A stretch of 64,000 bases of DNA, taken from Octopus vulgaris (taxonomy: Eukaryota). The stretch covers positions 88,288,001 through 88,352,000 of the forward strand of contig OX597820.1 in assembly GCA_951406725.2 (NCBI GenBank), given 5' to 3'. The notes under the pieces are model-generated. The model made no database searches and had not been told where the DNA came from. It worked only from the letters and a program-made list of their open reading frames with translations. The position numbers were made by a program, and so were the translations under genes. Every line of letters begins with the position of its first letter. Within the stretch, counting starts at the first letter, position 1. Shown here piece by piece: positions 52,810-64,000 of this stretch.

Positions 52810-53155
52810 GGTGATGGTGACCCCCTTCGGTCAGACACTGACCATGGGTTTGCACCTAGAAAGTTACCCTCGGAGGCACAAGTCTGGGCAAGGTTGTTTT
52901 ATTGGAAGACGAGCAGTCGCCCATGCATACAGGCCTCCCCTATCCACGTCACCGATGTTGTCCAAGGGAAAGGCAAGGGCCGATACAGCTTAGCACCTGT
53001 GACGTCTCAACTCATTTCTACAGATGAGTGAACTGGAGCAACGTGAAATAAAGTGTCTTGCTCAAGAACACAACACGCAGCCCGGTCCGGGATTCGAGCT
53101 CACAACCTCACGATCGTAAGCTCGACGCTCTAACCACTGAGCCACGCGCTTTCAC
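52810..53155 (-). mobile_element. SINE family D with a third tail type
   Basis: Head GCGCGTGGCTCAGTGGTTAGAGCG..., CORE-like segment, tail followed by (CAGT)n. Confidence 0.8.
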
Positions 53156-53424
53156 TAACTAACTAAATAAATAAATACACAAATAAATAACTCGTCGTCA
53201 TCATCGTCGTCGAAGAAAGACGAACGTGTTATTGGCGTGGAAGTGATCCACACATTTGATTTCATGACCTTCGGTACATATAGAATGAGACATGCATGAT
53301 CCAGTTATGAAGCTGCAACGGACTGCTGATGACCCGGTTATAATTTTGAGCGGTGATCCGCTGGTACTGGCGTTGAGATCTACTCGAGTCATCATTATTC
53401 GCCTGTTCTCCCAAAACCTAACTC

Positions 53425-53655
53425 ATTTCTTTACTACCCACAAAGGCCTAAACACAGAGAGAACAAACAAGGACAGACAGACGGATTAAGTCGATTATAT
53501 AGACCCCAGTGCGTAACTGGTACTTAATTTATCGACCCCGAAAGGATGCAAGGCAAAGTCGACCTCGGCGGAATTTGAACTTAGAACGTAACAGCAGACG
53601 AAATATCGCTAAGCATTTCGCCCGGCGTGCTAACGTTTCTGCCAGCTCGCCGCCT
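53425..53655 (-). mobile_element. SINE family A (GTAAAGAAAT tail)
   Basis: Full head to tail. Confidence 0.88.
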
Positions 53656-54414
53656 AACTAATTAACTAATTAACTAACTAAATGTATGTATGAATGAATA
53701 ATTAAATAAATAAATAAACAAATAAAGCTTTAACAAAATGGCGATTGAATGTTAGTTTTTTTTATCTGAAAGAATGTATTGTTTACCAAACTTTACTGTA
53801 AACTTGTTGAAATGTTATTTCGAGATTTATTAGACCTCTCTTAAGAACCAACCCACTAAAGTGCTTCATGTAAGGTCGAATTATATTTCATTCTCGCATT
53901 TCCTTTAATTCTGCAATGTTAAAACAACAATCTGTTATCTTGCATGTTACCATTTATTTGACTTCCTCTTTTTATTATTATTTTCATCTTATTTTATTTA
54001 TTATTTTTTTTCAAACTTATGTTTTTTCTCCCTTAGAATTTGAAGATTACAAATGAACGAAGAAGTAGGGCGAGGGCAGATATCCGTTGTAGACTCTTCC
54101 GTTCTATTACACTATCCAGATGACCATTGCAGTAGTCCAGCTCTCTTTGTGAAAACGCTCTTGACAACATCCGCTCGCACTGAAAGTATACCAATTAATC
54201 AACCATTTTTGTAATATTTCTTCAACTTAACTTTCCTACTTATCTTTTACTCATTCACTTCTTACTTCACTTTACATTTCATCAATTCACATTTTATTTT
54301 CATCGTGGCAAAGTATACACGGCCTCTGGTGTAACATTTCATGCTTTTCTTTTTGTTTTCTTTTGTTTTTCTTATATGAAGTGCCTGCGAAAGAATCGTT
54401 CTTCAAATACTAGG

Positions 54415-54474
<60 letters not shown>

Positions 54475-54639
54475 CAATAGCCATATTAAATATAAGCTTG
54501 TCTATTCTCTCTCTCTCTCTTTCTCTCCCGCGCGCTTTCTAATTGCTGGAATAATATAACAAATGGTCATTTATGCTGCAAAATGCAAAACTATATATGT
54601 TTTGGTTATCGGTGCTACTCTGCATATATATTTTCATCG

Positions 54640-54784
54640 TTGTAAGTAGCTTGTTTACCAACCACATGGTTCCGGGTTCAGTCCCACTGCGTGGCACCTT
54701 GGGCAAGTGTCTTCTACTATAGCATCGGGCCGACCAAAGCCTTGTGAGTGGATTTGGTAGACGGAAACTGAAAGAAGCCCGTTG

Positions 54785-54833
<49 letters not shown>

Positions 54834-55040
54834 TTGTGTGACTGTGTTTGTCCCCCCCCCCCAACATCGCTTGACAACCGATAGTGCTGTATTTACGTAC
54901 CCGTAACTTAGTGGTTCGGCAGAAGACACCGATAGAATAAGTACTAGGCTTACAAAGAATAAGTCCTGGGATCGATTTGCTCGACTAAAGTTGTGCTCTA
55001 GCATGGCCACAGTCAAGTGACTGAAACAAGTAAAAGAGTA
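54640..55040 (+). mobile_element. SINE family B
   Basis: Core, internal microsatellite and tail. Confidence 0.85.
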
Positions 55041-56664
55041 TCTAAAAACACATTTATTAAGTTGTAAAGTTTTGTCATACATACACAGGCGCTGGCTGTG
55101 TGGTAAGAAGCTTGCTTCCCAACCACATGGTTCCTAGTTCATCCCACTGCGTGGCATCTTGGGCAAGTGCCTTCTGCTGTAGGCCCGGGCTGACCAAAGC
55201 CTTGTGGGTGAATTTGGTCCGTCCTTACGTTCTGAGTTCAAATTCCGCCGATGTCGACTTTATCTTTCATTCTTTCGGAGTCGATAAAATAAGCACCAAT
55301 AGAGCACTGGGGTTGATTACATCAACATACACACTCCCTCCAACTTGCTGGCCTTGTATCAAAATTTGAAACCAGTCATGTCAAATTTCATCTCTTCGGT
55401 CGTGTTGTTTTGTGTTAGTTTCTGGCCCTGAAAAACATGTTCAATAGCAATTAAACCAAAATGGAGCGTCTTGCTTTAACGTTGTTTGCGCATTTAATTA
55501 TTCAGACCGTGTTTATGTTTTTCAGTTTTCTTTAACCCTTTCCATATCATATCTCTGACGAAATATATTCTCAGTTGTGACTAGCAGAATCGTTAGCACG
55601 CTGGGCAAAAGGCTTAGCGATATGTCTTCCGGCATTACCACTTGAGTTCTAACTCTGGTGACGTCGACTTCAAATTTCAGTGAACACTTGTATTTATGTA
55701 ATTGACTTAATCCCACCCTTAAAAATTGCTGGTCTTGTGCCAGAATTAGAAACAATAAAACATTAGAAATAATTGAGAATTTGAAAGGATGTAGCAAAAT
55801 AATTAAGCTTTATCTTGTTACGATTGTGTTTGGAACGTAGGTTAACAAAATGGCTCTAACATTAAATCCTGATGGCAGGTTTAAATTTAAATATAGACAC
55901 TTTAAAAGGGACGGGTTGTCTGCTTTTTATCATAGAACCAAACTTGTCTCTGGCAGGTTGCTCTCGAAAAGGTTAAAATTGCTAATAAGATGGCCAAGCA
56001 AGCTTATACAATGGAAAACAGATTTTTTTTTTGAATATTTTTATTTATATTTTTATTTTTATGAACAATAACATAATTTCCACTCTTCAGAATAATTACT
56101 TCTTCTCAGCACGACTATATCAGGCGTGAAAGGAAATGTGGTTGTAATAAAAATAAAAAATAAATGTAAATGTAATTGGCGAGTATAAAAAGGAGAATAA
56201 TCGACGTCTCAAGCCCTTTGTTGAGCTACAGAAAAAAAGAAAATAGAAACAAGGAAAGAACAAATTCCACTGATAATGGAGGAAGGAAATGGGTAAGTAG
56301 GTGTGTGGTTTGTGGGCAGAGGTGAATAGAGCTGATTTTTTATCTTTTTTACATACTTTATTTGATTCAGTGCATAACTATATTTTTTTCCGGTAGGTGA
56401 TTGATTGAATAATTACTTGACGCCTCTTACCTACAATGTCTTCATATTCTGGCGTAAAACATAATTTTGAAACAAAAAAAGAATCACTAATTACATCACA
56501 CCATGTCTCAGCGCAACACGTAAAGTATTATCTGCCGGAGAATAAACAGACGTTATTACCTTGCGTGTTGCAGCAAACCAATACATAGTCTACAGTAATG
56601 TGCGAGTGGTAAAACAACAACAACAACAACGACGACGACGACGACAACAACAATAACAATAATA

Positions 56665-56879
56665 ATGGTTTCAAATTTTTGCAGAAGGCCAGAAATTTCA
56701 GGGAAGCGGGTAAGTCGATTACATCGACCCTAGTACACAACTAGTGCTTATTTTATCGATCTCGAAAAGATGAAAAACAATGTCGATCTCGGCAGAATTT
56801 CAACTCAGAACGTGAAGACGGACGAAATGCCGCTAAGCATTTTGCTCGGCATGCTAACGATTCTGCCAGCTCGCCGCCT
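56665..56879 (-). mobile_element. SINE family A, (TAT)n-tail variant
   Basis: Head GGCGGCGAGCTGGCAGAATCGTTAGC on the minus strand. Confidence 0.82.
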
Positions 56880-56900
56880 TAATTAATAATAATATTAATG

Positions 56901-58575
56901 TTTTCTTTATTAACCACAAAGGGTTTACATTAAGAAAAACATTATAGACAGGACAGGACAAAACAAAACATGTGTGTCTGTATGTGTGCGAGTGTGTATA
57001 GTTGTGAGGGTTTTGTTTGTAAAGATTAACATAATGAAAAAAATTAAATTTAAACAATGTGAAATCCTCAATAGGGAGGAGACGTTCGAGAGTTATTCAT
57101 GGAAAATTCCCATAAAAACCATGGGTACCCTGACTTTTGGGGCAGGTGCTTCGTTTTCTTTCCTGTTCACTAAATGCAGGCCTATGCTCAGGGCAGGCCT
57201 GTTCACTCGCACCATTCTTGCCACTTTCATCCACCTTTCAGCAAACTGGTTAGAAGACAACACTTCCCTCTCTACCCTATTTTCCTTTTCAAGTTAAACT
57301 TGAAGAAGTTGATCAGAGATTGGTCAAAGAGAAAAGTGTTTGTCTTCACCCGCTTCAGTCTCGTCCACCACACAAATTCTTTCACCATGACCACCAGGCA
57401 TATAAACACGACCTTTTCTTCCTGGTTAAAGGAAGACGGCGGAGCGATCTTCACAATGGATTTAGTTGATAGCCGGATCCATCCTACACATGACAGCAGG
57501 TGTTCGACATAAACCCAGAAGTCAGTAATGTTCGGACACTGGACGAGTGCATGAAGGTCCTGTCTCATCATCCTGCGCGCATCTTGGATATGCTCGGCTG
57601 ACGGCACTTCTGTGCCTGTATAGTTTATCTCGAATAGGCAAAGCTCCCCAGTAGTACTGCCAGACTAGAGATTTTTGGAAGTTATCCATTGGTCCCGGGT
57701 CGAAAGTTCTCCTGAAGAGAGCGGCTAGTTGATCTCCGATACCGAAGGTCTCCCCAAGGACGTTGTCACACTTTCGCCCATTAACCCACTACAGAAAGCT
57801 AACGTGGACGTTCGACTGATCGCAGTGTCCGATTGGCTGAGAGCTATGAGCGCTTGAAGACATTCCACTTTCCAAATGCCTCCCCTCGGTCTCTTTTTTA
57901 CCTAGGACTGCAAGTCCGTTAAAGAAACTAGCTGTGGAAATACATGTCTGTCGAAGGGCGGCCACACGTGTTCACTGTCAAGGAAGCACTAGAGATGTCG
58001 TAGCCTCAGTGCATGTCTGTGCATCATCAACCACAGCATGCCTAGGCCACCACGCAGCGGATGTTCACACCGGTAAGACAGCCTGACCATCGGGACGCGT
58101 CCCTTCCTCAAGAAGCGGAAGAGTACACGCTCCATCGTAATCAGATGATGGCCGAGACAAGGCACAACGGTCATGCGACAGATGACGGATGCGATGTACG
58201 CGATCTTTCAGGGATAACTTTCTCTCGGTCCATTTCTGGGTGAGAGTAGTTACCCTGCTCATTACCTCGTCCCAGTTTTTGTCCATATGGAGGTCTGGAC
58301 CAACCAGACCCGAGCAATTTAACTGGTCCGGCCGTCCAGTGCCCAATGACGCAGTTAGGCGGCATGGATTTGCCGAACCGCAAGCCCATAGATTTTTCCT
58401 CGTTAATCATCGCGCTTAAAACCGCCTCGTAGTCTCTGAGACCGGTGCCGATCATTTCTATTAATTTATGATCCGACACCACTACGATGATGTCGTCGGC
58501 ATATGCAGACACGTATCTTCCACATCCTAGGTCATGCGGGATGCCTCTCAACGCCTCCAGTTTGTATAGCAGTGG
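56901..58575 (-). mobile_element. Decayed 5'-truncated Tx1/L1-clade LINE
   Basis: RT motif VSAYADDIIVVV; KLSLKDR; GGLG motif; C-terminal EHI...CP...W and FAERW segments; 3' UTR ending AATAAAGAAA; multiple frameshifts. Confidence 0.8.
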
Positions 58576-59919
58576 CTTTTGCTGCTACAAGTATAACAAC
58601 TGACCCTTTTACCCCGCATCATCAATCAGATACCTATTGTCTTTGCTCCCTAAAACGGAATAAGTTCCCATACTGGCTGGTGATTCTTAGAGGTTGTTGG
58701 AACGAAAGTTTATTAGTCCATCCTAACCGACAATATCTTGCCCCTGGTCACTTGCCCATAATACGATGCAAAATCAAGCCAGAGGTTAACAACATTGATC
58801 ATGATCCAAACTATGACCCTGGTATTTCTCTGCCCCAAATATTGTACCACAAGTACATGATTGGCGTGTGTGTGTCGTTCTATTAGTTCAGCCTATTTTT
58901 GCTCTTTTTACTGATTCATCGACCCTCCAAACAGTCCAAAGGTTTCATCATATTCCATGGAAAGAATTTCTCTTGATCTTTTGGAGCATTTCCTTTATTT
59001 ACTGCTTCGAAGGAAGATGGAAGTCCATCATCTCCCGTCCGTAGACACGTTAGTTTCCTCTTTTACCACTCCTGAATAAAGTAAAAGATGAGGAAAATTT
59101 CCCAGGCAAATTTCTGTTCGGAAACAGCCATGCCCCAAAACTCATATGGGAGCACTGACAGAGGTAAAACTACCCTCATTACACTGCTGCTATATTCAAT
59201 ATATTTTCTACAATCGATTGCCAACATATTTGTCTGTGTACGACTGTTGTACTGCTGCTGCCACTACTGCTAAACGAATTATTAAAATTCTTCAAAATAT
59301 CATTTTTTAAAAGTTATTTATGTTGTAAACCGTTAACACTATATTGCACAGTTTGTTTCTTTACTGTCTTTGTTTTGGCCATTCTTTTGCTAAATTCATC
59401 TTACTAAGTGTTGTAATTTTGGTGGATATTTTGACATCAAAGTGTCATCCAAACATAAAAATATCGCTAAAATATCTTTAATGACAAACGCCTTAGATCG
59501 CTTTGGGCTCTTAATTCCTGAAGGAATCGTAGGGGCACCGTTGTGACATCGCTTTACATCTGGCAGAACCGATTTCTACTTGAAAAATATAGTAACAGAA
59601 AACAGAGAGGGGGGAGATGAACGGAGGAGTGTTGAATCAGTACAGGACTGGTACTTTATTTATCAACTTCGAAAGGATGAAGAATAAAGTTGGTTTCGTC
59701 ATTTGAATTCAGAGCGTAGAGAGCTGGAACAAACAAGGCAATTCATCCAGCTGTTCTAACGACCCGATCAAGTCACAATTAGGATTTAAGGGAGATTTGG
59801 TAACTATATGTGGTGTTTGTTTTAAGAAACATCTCTTGTTTTTTTCTTTACCTTTCTTTTTATGGAAGGTCTATAATCATTGAGTTAGTTGACCCCATCG
59901 TATTTTTGTTTGTTTGTTC

Positions 59920-60190
59920 CTTCTCGAGTCACGCTTGGGTTTCCCGGTTTCCTTGTCGTATAGATTCACCACCTGGACGGGATGCCGGTCCGTCGCAGGT
60001 GAACTGCAAGATGCAGGAGAAAAGAGTGAGAGAAAGTTGTGGCGAAAGAGTCAGCAGAAGTTCGCCATTACCTTATGCCGGAGCCGCGTAGAGCTTAGGT
60101 ATTTCGCTCATAAACCGGTCTGAGATTCGAACCCGCGATCCTTCGACTGCGAGTCCGCTGCTCTAACCACTACTAGGCCATGCGCCTCCA
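59920..60190 (-). mobile_element. SINE family C, short-tail variant
   Basis: Homologous to 29757-30018. Confidence 0.82.
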
Positions 60191-60476
60191 CATCCCAGCG
60201 TATCGTTGGAACTTACTTTAACAACACCTAATGCATGCAAAGACGAAGTTTACCACAATGAAAATTGAACTTAGAGCATAGCAGTCGAGTAGGACTAAAA
60301 GCCACAATATATTTTCTCTCATATTCTATATATATATATTTTTTTATAAGTCACAACTCCACAAATGACATAAATTTTGAAATGCAAGTTTTTTTTTTAA
60401 TGACACTAAACAACATTAAATTTTGTTAGAACTCAACCACATATAAAATATTTATCCATATTTCTGCTTCCATAAA

Positions 60477-60680
60477 ATAATAAACAGTAAGAAAGTGTGA
60501 CAGCTACCGCTTTGATATAATTCATTTTGAAAATATTAAATATATTGCTGACAAATAAATTTCATTCTTAAATATGGAAAATAATAAACAGTAAGAAAGT
60601 GTGACAGCTACCGCTTTGACTACAGATGCATTATACTAAATCACAGAAAATATTAAATATATTGCTGACAAATAAATTTC
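60477..60680. repeat. Local direct duplication (~100-bp period)
   Basis: AATAATAAACAGTAAGAAAGTGTGACAGCTACCGCTTTGA and GAAAATATTAAATATATTGCTGACAAATAAATTTC each occur twice. Confidence 0.85.
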
Positions 60681-60788
60681 TTTATGAGAAGTTGTCGAAG
60701 ATGGCGTCATAATAGCAATAGGTAACTGATTTTCTACTAAACTAATTCTATGTTAGAATATGATTTGATGTTTGTCCCTAAACACCAT

Positions 60789-60828
<40 letters not shown>

Positions 60829-60973
60829 AACATACACTCTTATATAAAACTATACATGCACGGTAAGAAATTTGCTTTCTAATCATATAGTTCTGGGTTC
60901 AATCCCACTCCGTGGCATCTCGGGAAACTATCTTCTACTATAGCATCGGACACACACATATACACACACAAAT

Positions 60974-61037
<64 letters not shown>

Positions 61038-61350
61038 TGAGCCTTGGTGCTTGTGTTTGTTCCCCACTGCCGAATAACAATTGGTGTTGGTGTGTTTACG
61101 GTTTAGGCAAGAGAGACTGATACAATAAATACCGGACTTAAATAAAAAGTGAGATCGATTTGTTGCATTAAAATTCTTCAAGGTGGTGCCCCAGCATGGC
61201 CGTAGTCTCATGACTGAAACAAGTAAAATATACTTATATATATATATAATATGCATACAAATACAGCGTGTATCCAAAAATGTACTCACATTTTGACTCA
61301 CCATAATTCATTGAATCAAATTGACCATAATAATGGCGGTGGGTAGGACT

Positions 61351-61641
61351 GGAAGCACTCCGTCGGTTACGACGACGAGGGTTCCGGTTGATCAGATCAA
61401 CGGAACCGCCTGCTCGTGAAATTAACGTGTAAGTGGCTGAGCACTCCACAGACACGTGGGCCCTTAACGTAGTTCTCGGGGATATTCAGCGTGACACAGA
61501 GAGTGACAAAGCCGGGGAGCCTCGTGGAGCTTTAGGTGTTTTCGCTCAATAAACACTCACAACGCCCGGTCTGAGAATCGAAACCGCGATCCTACGACCG
61601 CGAGTCCGCTGCCCTAACCACTGGGCCATTGTGCCTCCACT
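61351..61641 (-). mobile_element. SINE family C with 13-bp TSD
   Basis: TSD GGTGGGTAGGACT at 61338-61350 and 61642-61654. Confidence 0.9.
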
Positions 61642-61739
61642 GGTGGGTAGGACTAAAGTCTTGAAGGAAGAAAACTTGTCTTAAAGTACTGTTGGAAGCT
61701 CGAAAACTTCATTGAAGTGCAAAAACAATTTAGAAGATA

Positions 61740-61972
61740 CATTATTTACATTATTTATATTCGACCGATATTTCTCCTCATCTTATTTGTCCTTAACACA
61801 ACGTTTCGGCTGATATACCCTCCAGCCTTCTTCAGGTGTCTTGGGGAAGAAGGCTGGAGGGTGTATGAGCCGAAACGTTGTGTTAACAACAAACAAGATG
61901 AGGACAAATATCCGTCGAATGTAAATAATGTAAATAATGTACATAATTCCTCATCTCTTAAATATAGAACGG
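61740..61972. mobile_element. 233-bp foldback insertion with hammerhead motif and 13-bp TSD (Penelope-like inverted pLTR)
   Basis: TSD AATTTAGAAGATA at 61727-61739 and 61973-61985; inverted arms 61739-61940. Confidence 0.82.
61795..61840 (-). ncRNA. Minimal type I hammerhead-ribozyme motif
   Basis: GACAC-CTGAAGA-A-GGCTG-gagggtatat-CAGCC-GAAACGT-T-GTGTT. Confidence 0.72.
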
Positions 61973-62669
61973 AATTTAGAAGATATTTTCAAAAGAATCC
62001 ACCAACGTGACGCACCATTGCTGGCATCCAAGGTAACTTTGAATCATATGAAACTATGCATAACGTCCACAAGGAGCATTCAGGAAGACCACGGTCATCA
62101 ACCAGCCCCGTAAAGGTAAAAACAATTGTTGTAAAACCTTCCACCTTTTCCAACAGAAATCTGTATGACAAATGGCTCGGGAGACAGGAATCCCCAAAAC
62201 AAGCACTCATCGCATTTTGAAGTGGGTTCATTAGAAATGTTACACTGCAACATTAATCTACGCTCTAAATAAAAGATAATCTTGACAGGAGAGCTGAATT
62301 TTGTAAGTGGTATCTCGGAAAAAGCGCGATGCAGCATTACTATCCAAAGATTTTGAGACCAGCTTTAAGTTGAATGGCTCAATTAACCGACACAATTGCA
62401 CTTGCTGGGCTCCTAAAAATCCGTATGTTATTATGGAACATCATATGGACTTACCAGGGGTTACAGTGTGTTGGGGGATATCAGCATTGGGCTTCCTATT
62501 TTATCAAGCTGTCATTGGTGATGTTTCCTTAAACTTGCTGCAAGAATCCGTCGATTCACGTGTCGAAGAGTTGTTTGGTGACGAAGAGATTTACTTTCAG
62601 CAAGATGGAGCACCTTCCAACTACTATCGTGATGTGAGGGCTTATTTTGATGCTATTTTTCTGAACAGA

Positions 62670-62815
62670 TGTGCTCAACTGGTACTGATTTTATCGGTTC
62701 GAAAAGATGAAAGCAAAGTCAACCTCGACGGAATTTGAACTCAGAACGTAAAGATGGACGACATACCGCTAAGCATTTTGCCCTGCGTGCTAACTATTCT
62801 GCCAGCTCGACGCCT
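62670..62815 (-). mobile_element. SINE family A, partial
   Basis: Head and core on the minus strand. Confidence 0.75.
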
Positions 62816-63338
62816 TTATATAGTTGACATGATTAAAAGTAGTTGTAGTCTAAAGAATTTTTGTAGACCGTTGCCGAAAAAAATGTGAGGATAGAACCAG
62901 TGAATGGATTCATTTGTTCATAAGCTGATGTCTTGGAGAATGAAAGTTGTTTAGATAATGGTCGAACACATGAACCAACTTCTGAGAGTAATGTTGTTTG
63001 ATGGCTCATATTGTTTAATGTGTGGTATAAGACTGAAGGAGAGATAAAGGGAGAGGAAGAGAGAAAGTAATAGAGAGAGAGAGAGAGAGAGAGGAAGAGC
63101 GAGTGAAAGGGGGAGCAAGTGGCCAGCAATATATAAAGAGTATTTTTTTTATTCTTTGATGGCTTTAGAGATGGTAATAGTAGCGCGAGACACATAACTT
63201 GTCAGAGATTTGAGATTAATGATGAGATGATCAAACACACACTTAACGATAGAAACAAGCGTTAATTAAACGTTAATTAACCTATTTTACTATTCAACTC
63301 TATGACATAATGATATTCTATATAACTAGCTATTTTAG

Positions 63339-63399
<61 letters not shown>

Positions 63400-63456
63400 G
63401 TGCTGTTTTAGTTGTTGTTGTTGTCGTCGTCGTCATCATCATCATTATCATCATTA

Positions 63457-63634
63457 AAGCAGAATCGTTAGCACGCCGGGCAAAATGCTGTTCTGAGTTC
63501 AAATTCCGCCGAGCTCGACTTTGCCTTACATCCTTTCGGGGTCGATAGAATAAGTACCAGTTGAGTACTGGGGGTCGATGTAATCGACGTAACCCCTCCC
63601 CAAAAATTGCTGCCCTTGAGGCAAAATTTGAAAC

Positions 63635-63635
<1 letters not shown>
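63457..63635 (+). mobile_element. SINE family A between (TAT)n arrays
   Basis: Core plus AAATTTGAAACC(ATT)n tail. Confidence 0.78.
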
Positions 63636-63689
<54 letters not shown>

Positions 63690-63754
63690 GTTGTTGTTGT
63701 TGTTGTTATTGTTATTATTGTTGTTCTTGTTCTTGTTATTATTATTATTATTAC

Positions 63755-63800
<46 letters not shown>

Positions 63801-64000
63801 TGCTTTGTCATATTGTCGAAGACGGCGTCTTTTGGATTTTTTTTTATTACATTCATGATGATAAAGTCAGCTAACTCATTCATTCTTACGTCTTCGTATA
63901 ATTAAATTCGATTGTTGAAGTTGCATCGAATTTTTTAATTTTTTAATTTTTTTCTTGTTTCCTAACGGAAGAAAACGGTGCAAGTGCGAGCTGTAAACTG

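Larger units (their letters stand above)
61264..62670 (+). mobile_element. Decayed Tc1/mariner-superfamily transposon with nested insertions
   Basis: TA-CAGCGTGTATCC start; EVQKQFRRYFQKNPPT...HSGRPRS; FKLNGSINRHNCTCWAPKNP...YFQQDGAP. Confidence 0.8.

Overview
AT-rich, microsatellite-saturated animal DNA with no recognisable host protein-coding gene. The SINE families and the density of (TA)n/(CA)n/(TAT)n/(TACA)n suggest an octopus/coleoid cephalopod genome; this is an inference. Almost all supplied ORFs are microsatellite or SINE read-through. Supportable content: four modular tRNA-derived SINE families, decayed Tc1/mariner elements, a hAT-type MITE, non-autonomous Helitrons, and RTE, Tx1/L1 and Dong/R4 LINE fragments. 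There are also several families of short (TA)n-embedded elements carrying minimal hammerhead-ribozyme folds and/or long foldback hairpins (Penelope pLTR/retrozyme-like). Positions 25011-36175 and 36276-48398 are two diverged copies of one segment joined at a 100-N gap, most likely uncollapsed haplotypes, which exposes filled and empty insertion sites. Most interesting signals: the microsatellite-embedded hammerhead/foldback mini-elements; a SINE whose 3' tail matches the 3' end of the Tx1-like LINE and which forms arrays restarting at a fixed GGTAT point; and presence/absence Helitron and Dong insertions. All alignments and folds were done by eye, so ends are approximate unless a TSD or terminus is given.
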